IMG/VR virus record: IMGVR_UViG_3300046559_000446
Location: 74,255-138,254 of that record
Source of the DNA: a virus
Length of the DNA stretch: 64,000 nucleotides
Direction: 5' to 3' (one strand)
Position 1 is the first letter of the stretch, and each line of letters starts with the position of its first letter. Below, in pieces: positions 16,936 to 23,868 of the stretch. The notes beneath the pieces are model-generated. The model was not told the DNA's origin. It saw only the letters and a program-made list of their open reading frames with translations, and ran no database searches. The translations under genes and the position numbers were made by a program.

Positions 16936-16964
16936 TATGTAAACTGGGTTGACAGGCTTGTCAA
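16936..16964 (-). promoter_or_regulatory. Leftward promoter overlapping two operators
   Basis: Minus strand TTGACA-N17-TACATA; lies in the perfect inverted repeat aactgggttgaca-ggct-tgtcaacccagtt (16942-16971). Confidence 0.6.
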
Positions 16965-16981
16965 CCCAGTTGTCGAATTAT

Positions 16982-17767
16982 TTACGCCTGGGCGCCAACA
17001 AAACGCTTGGCGGTGGCGCCGTGGGCGATGATCACCATGGACGCTTTCGCCTTTGCGCTGGTGCCGCCGCAGGCCTGGCAAGCGTCGCAGGAGGTCTTCA
17101 CGCCGGCTTCTTTCGACGCCGGGCAGATCACTTCACCCTTGGCCTTAGCCTCCGACGGGGTGCGGACGCGGAACGAGCGCCAGCCGGCGGCGGTCGCGTC
17201 CGCCAGGTCGGCCAGGCTGTCGCATGACGCCATGCAGATGGTCTTGAGCGCCTGGAAACGAGCGTCGCGCCATTGGTGCGAATAGCCGTTAGTGAAGGCG
17301 GCGCGAAGCGTGGCGGCGCGCCAGACCTGGAAAGGCACAGCAGCTGGATCGCCATATGTGCCGAGGCGGAAGCCCAGGCCGGCGAACAATTCCGGAAGGA
17401 TGGCAACGTCATAATCGACGCCCGGCTCGGCGTAGCGGTCGCCACGGATTAGCGTCTCGTATACGCTGCGAACGCTGCGCCCGACGTTGACGTAGCAGGC
17501 GCCACCCAAATACGGGCGCATGAGGCAGTCACCGCACACGCTGCTGTCAAGGCCGCTCTTGAGCGCGACGACCGGCGACACATCCGAGCGGATGATAAAG
17601 GTCTGCACCATCGCGCCCGTCTTGACGTTGGTGCTGGCCGAGGTGATTTTGTTGGCGATGGCGACAATCGGGGCGCCGTCGATCATCGACGGGCCACGAT
17701 AAAGGACGACGCCGCAAAAGCGATTGGACTTGAGAGCGGCGAGCATGTCGGAGGCGGTGCGGATCAT
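16982..17767 (-). CDS. Cys-rich phage protein, Gp88/DUF7227-like (radical-SAM-like Fe-S candidate)
   Basis: CGDC-x9-CY, RLGTYGDP, GYSHQW, and a C-terminal CP...CDACQACG cluster. Confidence 0.6.
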   Translation of the reverse strand: MIRTASDMLAALKSNRFCGVVLYRGPSMIDGAPIVAIANKITSASTNVKTGAMVQTFIIRSDVSPVVALKSGLDSSVCGDCLMRPYLGGACYVNVGRSVRSVYETLIRGDRYAEPGVDYDVAILPELFAGLGFRLGTYGDPAAVPFQVWRAATLRAAFTNGYSHQWRDARFQALKTICMASCDSLADLADATAAGWRSFRVRTPSEAKAKGEVICPASKEAGVKTSCDACQACGGTSAKAKASMVIIAHGATAKRFVGAQA

Positions 17768-17806
17768 GTGGAGAGGCCTTTTTGTCTGCGGCGTTGAACT
17801 GTCCCG

Positions 17807-17901
17807 AATATAGCCACAGCGTATGCGCCTGTCAACTAGGTTTACAAATTAAAATAAATTATTTTTGCGCTTGACAACTAGATTGACGCCAGGCATATAA
17901 A
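17807..17901. promoter_or_regulatory. Divergent promoter pair
   Basis: Minus strand TTGACA(17835-30)-N17-TATATT(17812-07); plus strand TTGACA(17871-76)...TATAAA(17896-901); AT-rich spacer; each -35 touches an operator. Confidence 0.7.
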
Positions 17902-17935
17902 GGGCAGTTAACAACCGCACACGAAAGGCGCTCAC

Positions 17936-18241
17936 ATGCTGCAAGTTCAAGGCCTTCCCTTCCACAAAGGATCCGACGCCTGGCGCGTCATACACGAGGG
18001 GCGCATCCTGCCCAAGTATGTGCGCGACGAGATCGCCCGCCTGCGCCGCGAGCGGAACGAATACAGCGAGATCCGGGTGCTGATGACGGGCGAGCCTGGC
18101 TGGATCAGCCGGGCAGAGCAGGCGGCGCGCAGCGCCCGCACCTACGCCGAGCACGAGGCGCGCGCCCTGGGCTGGACCGAGCCAAGCGTCGCCGCCGAGG
18201 GCGCCGCCGCCTACGCCGAGGCGCTGGCGCGCCAGGCCTAG
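17936..18241 (+). CDS. Hypothetical protein
   Basis: 101 aa, RBS, downstream of the rightward promoter. Confidence 0.7.
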   Translation: MLQVQGLPFHKGSDAWRVIHEGRILPKYVRDEIARLRRERNEYSEIRVLMTGEPGWISRAEQAARSARTYAEHEARALGWTEPSVAAEGAAAYAEALARQA

Positions 18242-18249
18242 CCAGGCCC

Positions 18250-18420
18250 AGGCCTGTCAGAGGGCTGACAGCCCTCTGACACGCCTGTTCCCGGTCTGTT
18301 CTGGCAGGGTGCTGACAGGGCAGCGACAGGCCTCGAAGTAAAAAACGACCGGGGGTACCCCCGCTAATAGGCGGCCTAGAGTATACTATAAGCCCCAAAA
18401 ATTTTTCTCAAATTTTTCAC
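18250..18420. other. Candidate packaging initiation / genome terminus region
   Basis: Five CTGACAG-like boxes and a 12-bp-arm inverted repeat (18255-18281), the perfect palindrome cgggggtacccccg (18350-63) and A/T tracts; upstream of terS. Confidence 0.4.
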
Positions 18421-18507
18421 CCAATAAATAATCGTATTCGGTTGTTGACCAATAAACGGACACTCTCATGGATTTTGGGAAATGAATGAGAGTGTTCATT
18501 TCCCGGT

Positions 18508-18891
18508 TCAAATAGCCCCAGACAGTTTTGAACTTTTCTCCCTAACTTTGACCATGAGGTCATTCAGCCCAGTGACGAGCTTCTCCAAGGCTTCCAACGT
18601 ATCGTTCATTTCCCCCGCCGAGTCCCCCTCCCAGGTGTCGATATGCGACCGTATCGCCTCCAGCAGGTCGATCTTGCTCTCCTGGACGCCCTCGGCGTAG
18701 GTCATATAGATCTCGAATTGTTTATCCGCGACCCACACGCACAGGTTCACCCTTGGCAGGATGCGGGTTTCCCACTTCGATAGTTTGAAGCCGTGGCGGC
18801 TGTAGTCGTATGGCTTGGTGATCTGGGTGAAGGGGTCGTACCCCCCGCAGTCGTCCCCTTGCATTTCCGGCGCTCTGTGTCTACCCATCAT
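18508..18891 (-). CDS. Hypothetical protein
   Basis: 127 aa, GGAGGAG RBS, divergent from terS. Confidence 0.65.
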   Translation of the reverse strand: MMGRHRAPEMQGDDCGGYDPFTQITKPYDYSRHGFKLSKWETRILPRVNLCVWVADKQFEIYMTYAEGVQESKIDLLEAIRSHIDTWEGDSAGEMNDTLEALEKLVTGLNDLMVKVREKSSKLSGAI

Positions 18892-18932
18892 ATGCTCCTC
18901 CTCCGTATTCTACTGTCTAACCTGTTTTCGCT

Positions 18933-18963
18933 CTTGCCGGCAAGCCCATTTCCCTCATATACT
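18933..18963 (+). promoter_or_regulatory. Promoter candidate for the terS/late operon
   Basis: TTGCCG(18934-39)-N18-TATACT(18958-63); the -35 lies inside the perfect palindrome cttgccggcaag (18933-44). Confidence 0.5.
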
Positions 18964-18993
18964 CCAGCACCCCCGACCGACGAGGCCCACGCC

Positions 18994-19560
18994 ATGCCCA
19001 CCAAAAAGCAAAACCGGCGCATAGCTCGCTTCGAACTAGCGCAATCCACCAGGGCGGCGCCGACGCCCCCGGAGGTCAAGCCGCCGTGGGCCAGTATCTA
19101 CACCCCCGCTATCGGGGAGCGGATTTGCGATCTGGTCACCAATGGCAAGACCTTGCGGCAGATTGCGCTGGAGGAGGTCTGGGCGCCCAACGCCCGGATC
19201 ATGTATTATTGGCTGGAGGAGCATCCGGAATTTGCGCGGGCCTTCGCGGCGGCGCGAGAGCTATACGCGGATGACATCGCCCGCGAGATCGTGACCATTG
19301 CCGACGAGGCGGCGACCGATCTCGACATCGCCAAGCTGCCGCATCGCATCCATGCCAGGGAGTGGCTGGCGGTGAAGCGGTCCCCCCGCTTCTATGGCGA
19401 CCGCCGCATGATCGACACCACCTCGCAGGTCAATATCAACAATTTGACCAAGATTGATGTCTCCCATCTGTCCTCGGACGAGATCCTCATTGCCGAGAAG
19501 GCCCTGATGAAGGCGATAGGACATTCCAGCTGCAATCCGGAGGACGACGACGATGCCTAA
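18994..19560 (+). CDS. terS: Terminase small subunit (Sf6 gp1-like)
   Basis: YTPAIGERICDLVTNGKTLRQI...YYWLEEHPEF...AR...ADEI-like...REWLAVKRSPRFYGD. Confidence 0.88.
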   Translation: MPTKKQNRRIARFELAQSTRAAPTPPEVKPPWASIYTPAIGERICDLVTNGKTLRQIALEEVWAPNARIMYYWLEEHPEFARAFAAARELYADDIAREIVTIADEAATDLDIAKLPHRIHAREWLAVKRSPRFYGDRRMIDTTSQVNINNLTKIDVSHLSSDEILIAEKALMKAIGHSSCNPEDDDDA

Positions 19561-19762
19561 ACACATCCAGCCCGCCAAGACCCTGGTCGATATCACGGTC
19601 GCCGGCCCAAGCCCTTACGAAGGCCGGATATTCCCGCTCAATGTTCAATTTCTCGAGGGCGAGTGGATGATGCAGGTCATTCCCGCCGGCCCCTCCAGGG
19701 AGGCGGCGTTTTATTTCCCGATCAAGGATCTCAAGGTCTGGGCGCCGGCGGGGCATCTATGA
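19553..19762 (+). CDS. Hypothetical protein
   Basis: 69 aa, coupled in the terminase operon. Confidence 0.6.
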   Translation: MPKHIQPAKTLVDITVAGPSPYEGRIFPLNVQFLEGEWMMQVIPAGPSREAAFYFPIKDLKVWAPAGHL

Positions 19763-19962
19763 ATCCGATCACCCTGCTCCAGGACTGGTGGTGCGCCAGG
19801 CTCCGGAATATCGACATTCAATACCTCTGGCCGATCTGTAAGGAACAGGCCCGCGACTTCGCTGAGGCCCGTTACGTTTTTGCTATTCACGCCATTTGCG
19901 ATCCGGCCTGGCTGCGGCTTCCCGCCGAAGAGATCAAGCGCATTATCGGGGAGTTGCAATGA
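19759..19962 (+). CDS. Hypothetical protein
   Basis: ATGA coupling; RNIDIQYLWPICKEQA...AFAIHA..DPAW pattern. Confidence 0.6.
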   Translation: MNPITLLQDWWCARLRNIDIQYLWPICKEQARDFAEARYVFAIHAICDPAWLRLPAEEIKRIIGELQ

Positions 19963-20144
19963 AGAACACTTTTGAGATCAAGCTGGGCCTCCATGTTCAC
20001 GGCTCCGACGACTGGGAGCCGATGAATTACTCCAACTATTCCTCCTGCGTTCACGCCTGGCGCGCCGTCGATCCCGACTGGGATCCCCATTTTGCCGAGT
20101 TTTCATTCGAGATCGCGGAGTTTAACGGGGTGCTGTTCGGATGA
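19959..20144 (+). CDS. Hypothetical protein
   Basis: GGAG RBS, ATGA coupling on both sides, 61 aa. Confidence 0.55.
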   Translation: MKNTFEIKLGLHVHGSDDWEPMNYSNYSSCVHAWRAVDPDWDPHFAEFSFEIAEFNGVLFG

Positions 20145-21775
20145 CGTCCATCAATCTTCAAAAGGTCAATCCGCAGGATGTCCTCGACCGCATGGACAAG
20201 GAGATGTGCGAGCGGTCCCTGCACGAGTTCGTCAAGCGGGCCTGGAAAGAGGTCGAGCCGGGCCAGCCCATGCTCGACAACTGGCACCTGCCGTTCATCT
20301 GTGAACATTTGGAGGCGATCACCGACGGCGCCCAGGTCGATGGCAAGCCCTACAACCGTCTCCTGATCAACATTCCTCCCGGCGGCATGAAATCCCTGCT
20401 GCTCAATGTGTTTTGGCCGGCCTGGGAATGGGGGCCTGCCGCCATGCCCCACATGCGCTATCTCTGCGCGTCCCATAACATCGACCTGGTCGAGCGCGAC
20501 AGCATTCGCATGCGCCGGCTGGTCACCACCGCCTGGTATCAGAAGCACTGGGGCGACCTGGTCGAACTGACCGGCGACCAGAACTCCAAGACGGTGTTCG
20601 AAAACACCCGCTCCGGATGGCGCAGGGCGGTCGCGGCGGGAGCGGATACCGGTCACCGGGCCGACCGCGTCCTGATCGACGACGCTCTGAGCGTCAAGAA
20701 CGCCAACAGCGACAGCACCCGCGAGAGCGTCAACCTGTGGTTCAGGGAATCGGTGCCGACCCGCCTCAATTCGCCGCGCAAGAGCGCCATCGTGGTGATC
20801 ATGCAGCGGCTGCACGAGGCCGATCTGTCCGGAATGATCCTCGACAAGAAGCTCGGCTACGATCACATCATGATCCCGATGCGCTACGATCCGGACCGCG
20901 CCCACCCCACCATGCTCGGCTACAAAGACCCCCGCACCATCCCCGGCGAGCTTTATTTCCCGACCCGTTTTCCCCTCGACGTGGTCGAACGCGAAGAGCG
21001 GATCATGGGGCCGTTCGCCACCGCCGGCCAAATGCAGCAGGCCCCAGTCCCGCGAGGAGGCGGCGTCATCAAGGACGCCGACTGGATCCTGTGGGACAGG
21101 CCGGAATTTCCGGCGCTCGACTTTATTATCGCCTCCATCGACACCGCCTACGGTCTGAAGCAGGAGAACGACCCCAGCGCCATGACGGTGTGGGGGGTGT
21201 TTTCAGGCGACACCCGCAACCAGGCCACCAGGCTGGTGGATCGCTACGGTCACCCGAAGGAAATGCCTGAAGGCGGCGCCTCCACTCACCTCGACGCCGC
21301 GCCGCGCGTCATTTTGATGTACGCCTGGACCGAGCGCCTCAGTCTTTCCGACCTGGTCGCCAAGGTGGCCCTCCATTGCAAGAAGTTGAAGGTTGACCGC
21401 CTGCTGGTCGAGGCCAAGGCGAGCGGCATATCGGTCGCGCAGGAGATGCGCCGTCTTTACGGACATGAGCCATGGGCGGTTCACCTGATCAATCCAGGCA
21501 ACCAGGATAAACTTGCTCGGCTGTACAGTGTTCAGCCGCTGTTTGCGGAAGGCATGGTCTACGCTCCAGACAAGGAATGGGCGGAAATGGTGATCAGGCA
21601 AGTGGCTTCCTTCCCCAAGGCGCTGCATGACGATCTTACCGACACCACATCACAGGCGATTCGCCACCTGCGCGACTGCGGATTGCTGACCCGGTCCGAC
21701 GAAAGGTTGGCGGAAATGAACGAGGAAGTCCAGTATGGCCGCACCAGGCCGCTGGAGCCGCTCTATCCAGGCTGA
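20141..21775 (+). CDS. terL: Terminase large subunit
   Basis: Walker A INIPPGGMKS, Walker B VLIDD, VIMQRLHEADL coupling motif, nuclease SIDTA...DPSA...HDDLTD. Confidence 0.95.
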   Translation: MTSINLQKVNPQDVLDRMDKEMCERSLHEFVKRAWKEVEPGQPMLDNWHLPFICEHLEAITDGAQVDGKPYNRLLINIPPGGMKSLLLNVFWPAWEWGPAAMPHMRYLCASHNIDLVERDSIRMRRLVTTAWYQKHWGDLVELTGDQNSKTVFENTRSGWRRAVAAGADTGHRADRVLIDDALSVKNANSDSTRESVNLWFRESVPTRLNSPRKSAIVVIMQRLHEADLSGMILDKKLGYDHIMIPMRYDPDRAHPTMLGYKDPRTIPGELYFPTRFPLDVVEREERIMGPFATAGQMQQAPVPRGGGVIKDADWILWDRPEFPALDFIIASIDTAYGLKQENDPSAMTVWGVFSGDTRNQATRLVDRYGHPKEMPEGGASTHLDAAPRVILMYAWTERLSLSDLVAKVALHCKKLKVDRLLVEAKASGISVAQEMRRLYGHEPWAVHLINPGNQDKLARLYSVQPLFAEGMVYAPDKEWAEMVIRQVASFPKALHDDLTDTTSQAIRHLRDCGLLTRSDERLAEMNEEVQYGRTRPLEPLYPG

Positions 21776-21791
21776 AAAAGGGAGAAAAGTC

Positions 21792-21938
21792 ATGTTTTTT
21801 CGCAATAACCCCACGTCCGTGACGGAGAAGGCTCCGGAAAAGCCGATTCCAGCCCCAAAAACCCCTGAAAAACACGAAAAACACGATGAAAAGACCGAAA
21901 AACACCCCCACCGCGACATGCACGAGAGCAAAAAATGA
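21792..21938 (+). CDS. Small Lys/Glu/His-rich protein
   Basis: GGAG RBS, 48 aa, coupled to the next gene. Confidence 0.45.
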   Translation: MFFRNNPTSVTEKAPEKPIPAPKTPEKHEKHDEKTEKHPHRDMHESKK

Positions 21939-22522
21939 CTAAAAAGACCGAACATGAGCACCAGGTCCATAAGTCGAGCCGCATCAAACCCTCGATTCAG
22001 GCTGCTTTGGACGAAACGCACCCCACCGGGGGCGCTGAAGTGCTCCACCATCACCCTTCCGTGGCCGGATCGCACCGCCGGCCCGGCGATTTCGACGTAT
22101 TCGACCCCCAAGACCCCGGCATGCAGGGCATTCCGCTGGCCGGGCCTCCTTCTTACCTGTCGCCATCGACCGGCGACCTCCAAAGGAAGCTGGCGGAAGC
22201 TCCTCCTCTCTTAATGCCCGATCTTGAGCACGTCGCCGCCTTTGGCGAGGGCTTCACTCACATCGCCAGCGGCAATGAGGGCGTCACCGCGACCAATATT
22301 CATCCCAACCAGGTCCGCTTCATGGATTTCGGCGCCGCGCTTCTCCAATTGGAGCAGGGCCACCGCATTCAGCGCAAGGCGTGGAGCGGCAGATGGGTCG
22401 AGGCCCGCTTTCCCGACGGCGCGCCGGCGTGTCTTTACATGACGCTGGCCAACGGCGAAATGACCATCTGGACTATCTCCCAAGCTGACGTATTGGCCAG
22501 AGACTGGAGCATTGCGCCATGA
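21935..22522 (+). CDS. DUF2829/Tad2-like sponge domain with a disordered N-terminal extension
   Basis: C-terminal MDFGAALLQLEQGHRIQRKAW...LYMTLANG...WTISQADVLARDW. Confidence 0.75.
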   Translation: MTKKTEHEHQVHKSSRIKPSIQAALDETHPTGGAEVLHHHPSVAGSHRRPGDFDVFDPQDPGMQGIPLAGPPSYLSPSTGDLQRKLAEAPPLLMPDLEHVAAFGEGFTHIASGNEGVTATNIHPNQVRFMDFGAALLQLEQGHRIQRKAWSGRWVEARFPDGAPACLYMTLANGEMTIWTISQADVLARDWSIAP

Positions 22523-22857
22523 CCGTAGTTGAGAACGACCGTATGACGTCCATCAATCCCTACAGCATGGATTTTGGCACGGCCATCCTGCAAATGCGGG
22601 CCGGCTGCAAAGTCCAGCGCGAGGGCTGGAACGGCAAGGATATGTGGATCGCCCTGTCGGGCGTGGAGGGACCGCGCGTAGTCTACCACGAGCAGCTTTG
22701 GTCGAAGGTCGCCCGCGATTACGCCAAAACCCAGCCCGATGGGAGAGTTACCGTCCTGCCCTGCTTCATCATGAAGACGGCGACCGGCGAAATCCTGATG
22801 GGTTGGCTGGCGAGCCAATCCGACATGCTGGCCCAGGATTGGAGAGTTGTGCCGTGA
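22519..22857 (+). CDS. tad2: DUF2829 / Thoeris anti-defence 2 (Tad2)-like protein
   Basis: MDFGTAILQMRAGCKVQREGWNGKDMWIAL...PCFIMKTATGEILMGWLASQSDMLAQDW closely matches the family consensus as I recall it. Confidence 0.85.
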   Translation: MTVVENDRMTSINPYSMDFGTAILQMRAGCKVQREGWNGKDMWIALSGVEGPRVVYHEQLWSKVARDYAKTQPDGRVTVLPCFIMKTATGEILMGWLASQSDMLAQDWRVVP

Positions 22858-23045
22858 CCCCGTTCAGGCCCGAACCCATCAAGACGACCAAGCTATGGAC
22901 CGGCGTCTGCCGCGACGGCCCGTGGAAAGGCCTGCCATTGACGGCGGGATCGCGCTTCGTCTGCGCCCCCGACGGCAATGAATACTGCAATGACGGGACC
23001 GGACACTGGAACTGGGTCGAGCTACACCACGAGGGCAAGAAATGA
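22854..23045 (+). CDS. Hypothetical protein (63 aa, GTG start)
   Basis: GGAG RBS; GVCRDGP...EY...WNW, paralogous to the N-terminus of the next ORF. Confidence 0.6.
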   Translation: MTPFRPEPIKTTKLWTGVCRDGPWKGLPLTAGSRFVCAPDGNEYCNDGTGHWNWVELHHEGKK

Positions 23046-23500
23046 GCAAAATCCTCAATGGCGTTTGCGTCGGCGGTCCCCTGAATGACCGGGGCCTGAC
23101 CTGGGACAAGGACGTGAAAGTGCTGCTGGCGTCGAACAACGACGGCCACGCCGGCGAATACCACTATGACCACGCAGCCACCAACAAGTGGATCTGGCTT
23201 GACGAAGGCAAGGAACAAACCATGAGCAGAGCAGCCGAAGAGCAGACCATACCCCGAATTACGCCCGAAATCATCGATAAGCGCATCGTGCGGGTGAAAT
23301 ACTATCAATTTCCCGACTCCACCGTCATGATCTGCGCCATCGAACTGACCAATGGCTACCATGTCATTGGCGAGGCCGGCTGCTCTTCTCCGCTCACTTT
23401 TGACGAAACCATCGCCAGGCGGATCTCCTTCGACGACGCCCGCCGCAAGATCTGGCCGCTGGAGGGCTACGTCCTCCGCAACGAACTGAAGGGGCTATGA
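23042..23500 (+). CDS. Phage_gp49_66-family (Acb4-like) protein with an N-terminal extra domain; internal start at 23222
   Basis: PRITPEIIDKRI...TVMICAIELTNGYHVIGEAGCSSPLTFDETIARRISFDDARRKIWPLEGYVLR. Confidence 0.8.
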   Translation: MSKILNGVCVGGPLNDRGLTWDKDVKVLLASNNDGHAGEYHYDHAATNKWIWLDEGKEQTMSRAAEEQTIPRITPEIIDKRIVRVKYYQFPDSTVMICAIELTNGYHVIGEAGCSSPLTFDETIARRISFDDARRKIWPLEGYVLRNELKGL

Positions 23501-23640
23501 CGCCGCTCGATATCGCCATTTCGGTTTTCATCCTGCTGCTTGTCAGCCGCCTCTCCTACAACAAGGGGCGGCGCGACGAGCGCGCCGCTCATTTCGAGGA
23601 TTACGAAAATGAGTTTCATGATGAAGGCCACTGTCGATAA
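23497..23640 (+). CDS. Small membrane-anchored protein (47 aa)
   Basis: ATGA coupling; N-terminal TM segment followed by YNKGRRDER. Confidence 0.45.
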   Translation: MTPLDIAISVFILLLVSRLSYNKGRRDERAAHFEDYENEFHDEGHCR

Positions 23641-23824
23641 TCACCCGCTGCCTGGCGGGCGACCCTCACACCTGTTTGACGTCCATGTCGAGGGCGGCGA
23701 TCCGCCGGCCAAGGCCGAATACACCATCATCGCCAACGATGAGGATGAAGCGGCCCGCGAGGGCATGAAACGGTTCCAAAAGGCCCATGACAAGACGCCG
23801 ATGCCCGACATTGGCGATATTTGA
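23609..23824 (+). CDS. Hypothetical protein
   Basis: GAGG RBS, 71 aa; YTIIANDEDEAAREGMKRF. Confidence 0.6.
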   Translation: MSFMMKATVDNHPLPGGRPSHLFDVHVEGGDPPAKAEYTIIANDEDEAAREGMKRFQKAHDKTPMPDIGDI

Positions 23825-23868
23825 AATAGGCGTTATAGTCCCTTCTGCTTTTCCAGAGAGGATGCGCC

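Larger units (their letters stand above)
15881..17887. promoter_or_regulatory. Five copies of a 15-bp palindromic operator GTCAA-N5-TTGAC
   Basis: 15881 gtcaatctagttgac; 16939 gtaaactgggttgac; 16960 gtcaacccagttgtc; 17831 gtcaactaggtttac; 17873 gacaactagattgac. Confidence 0.75.
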
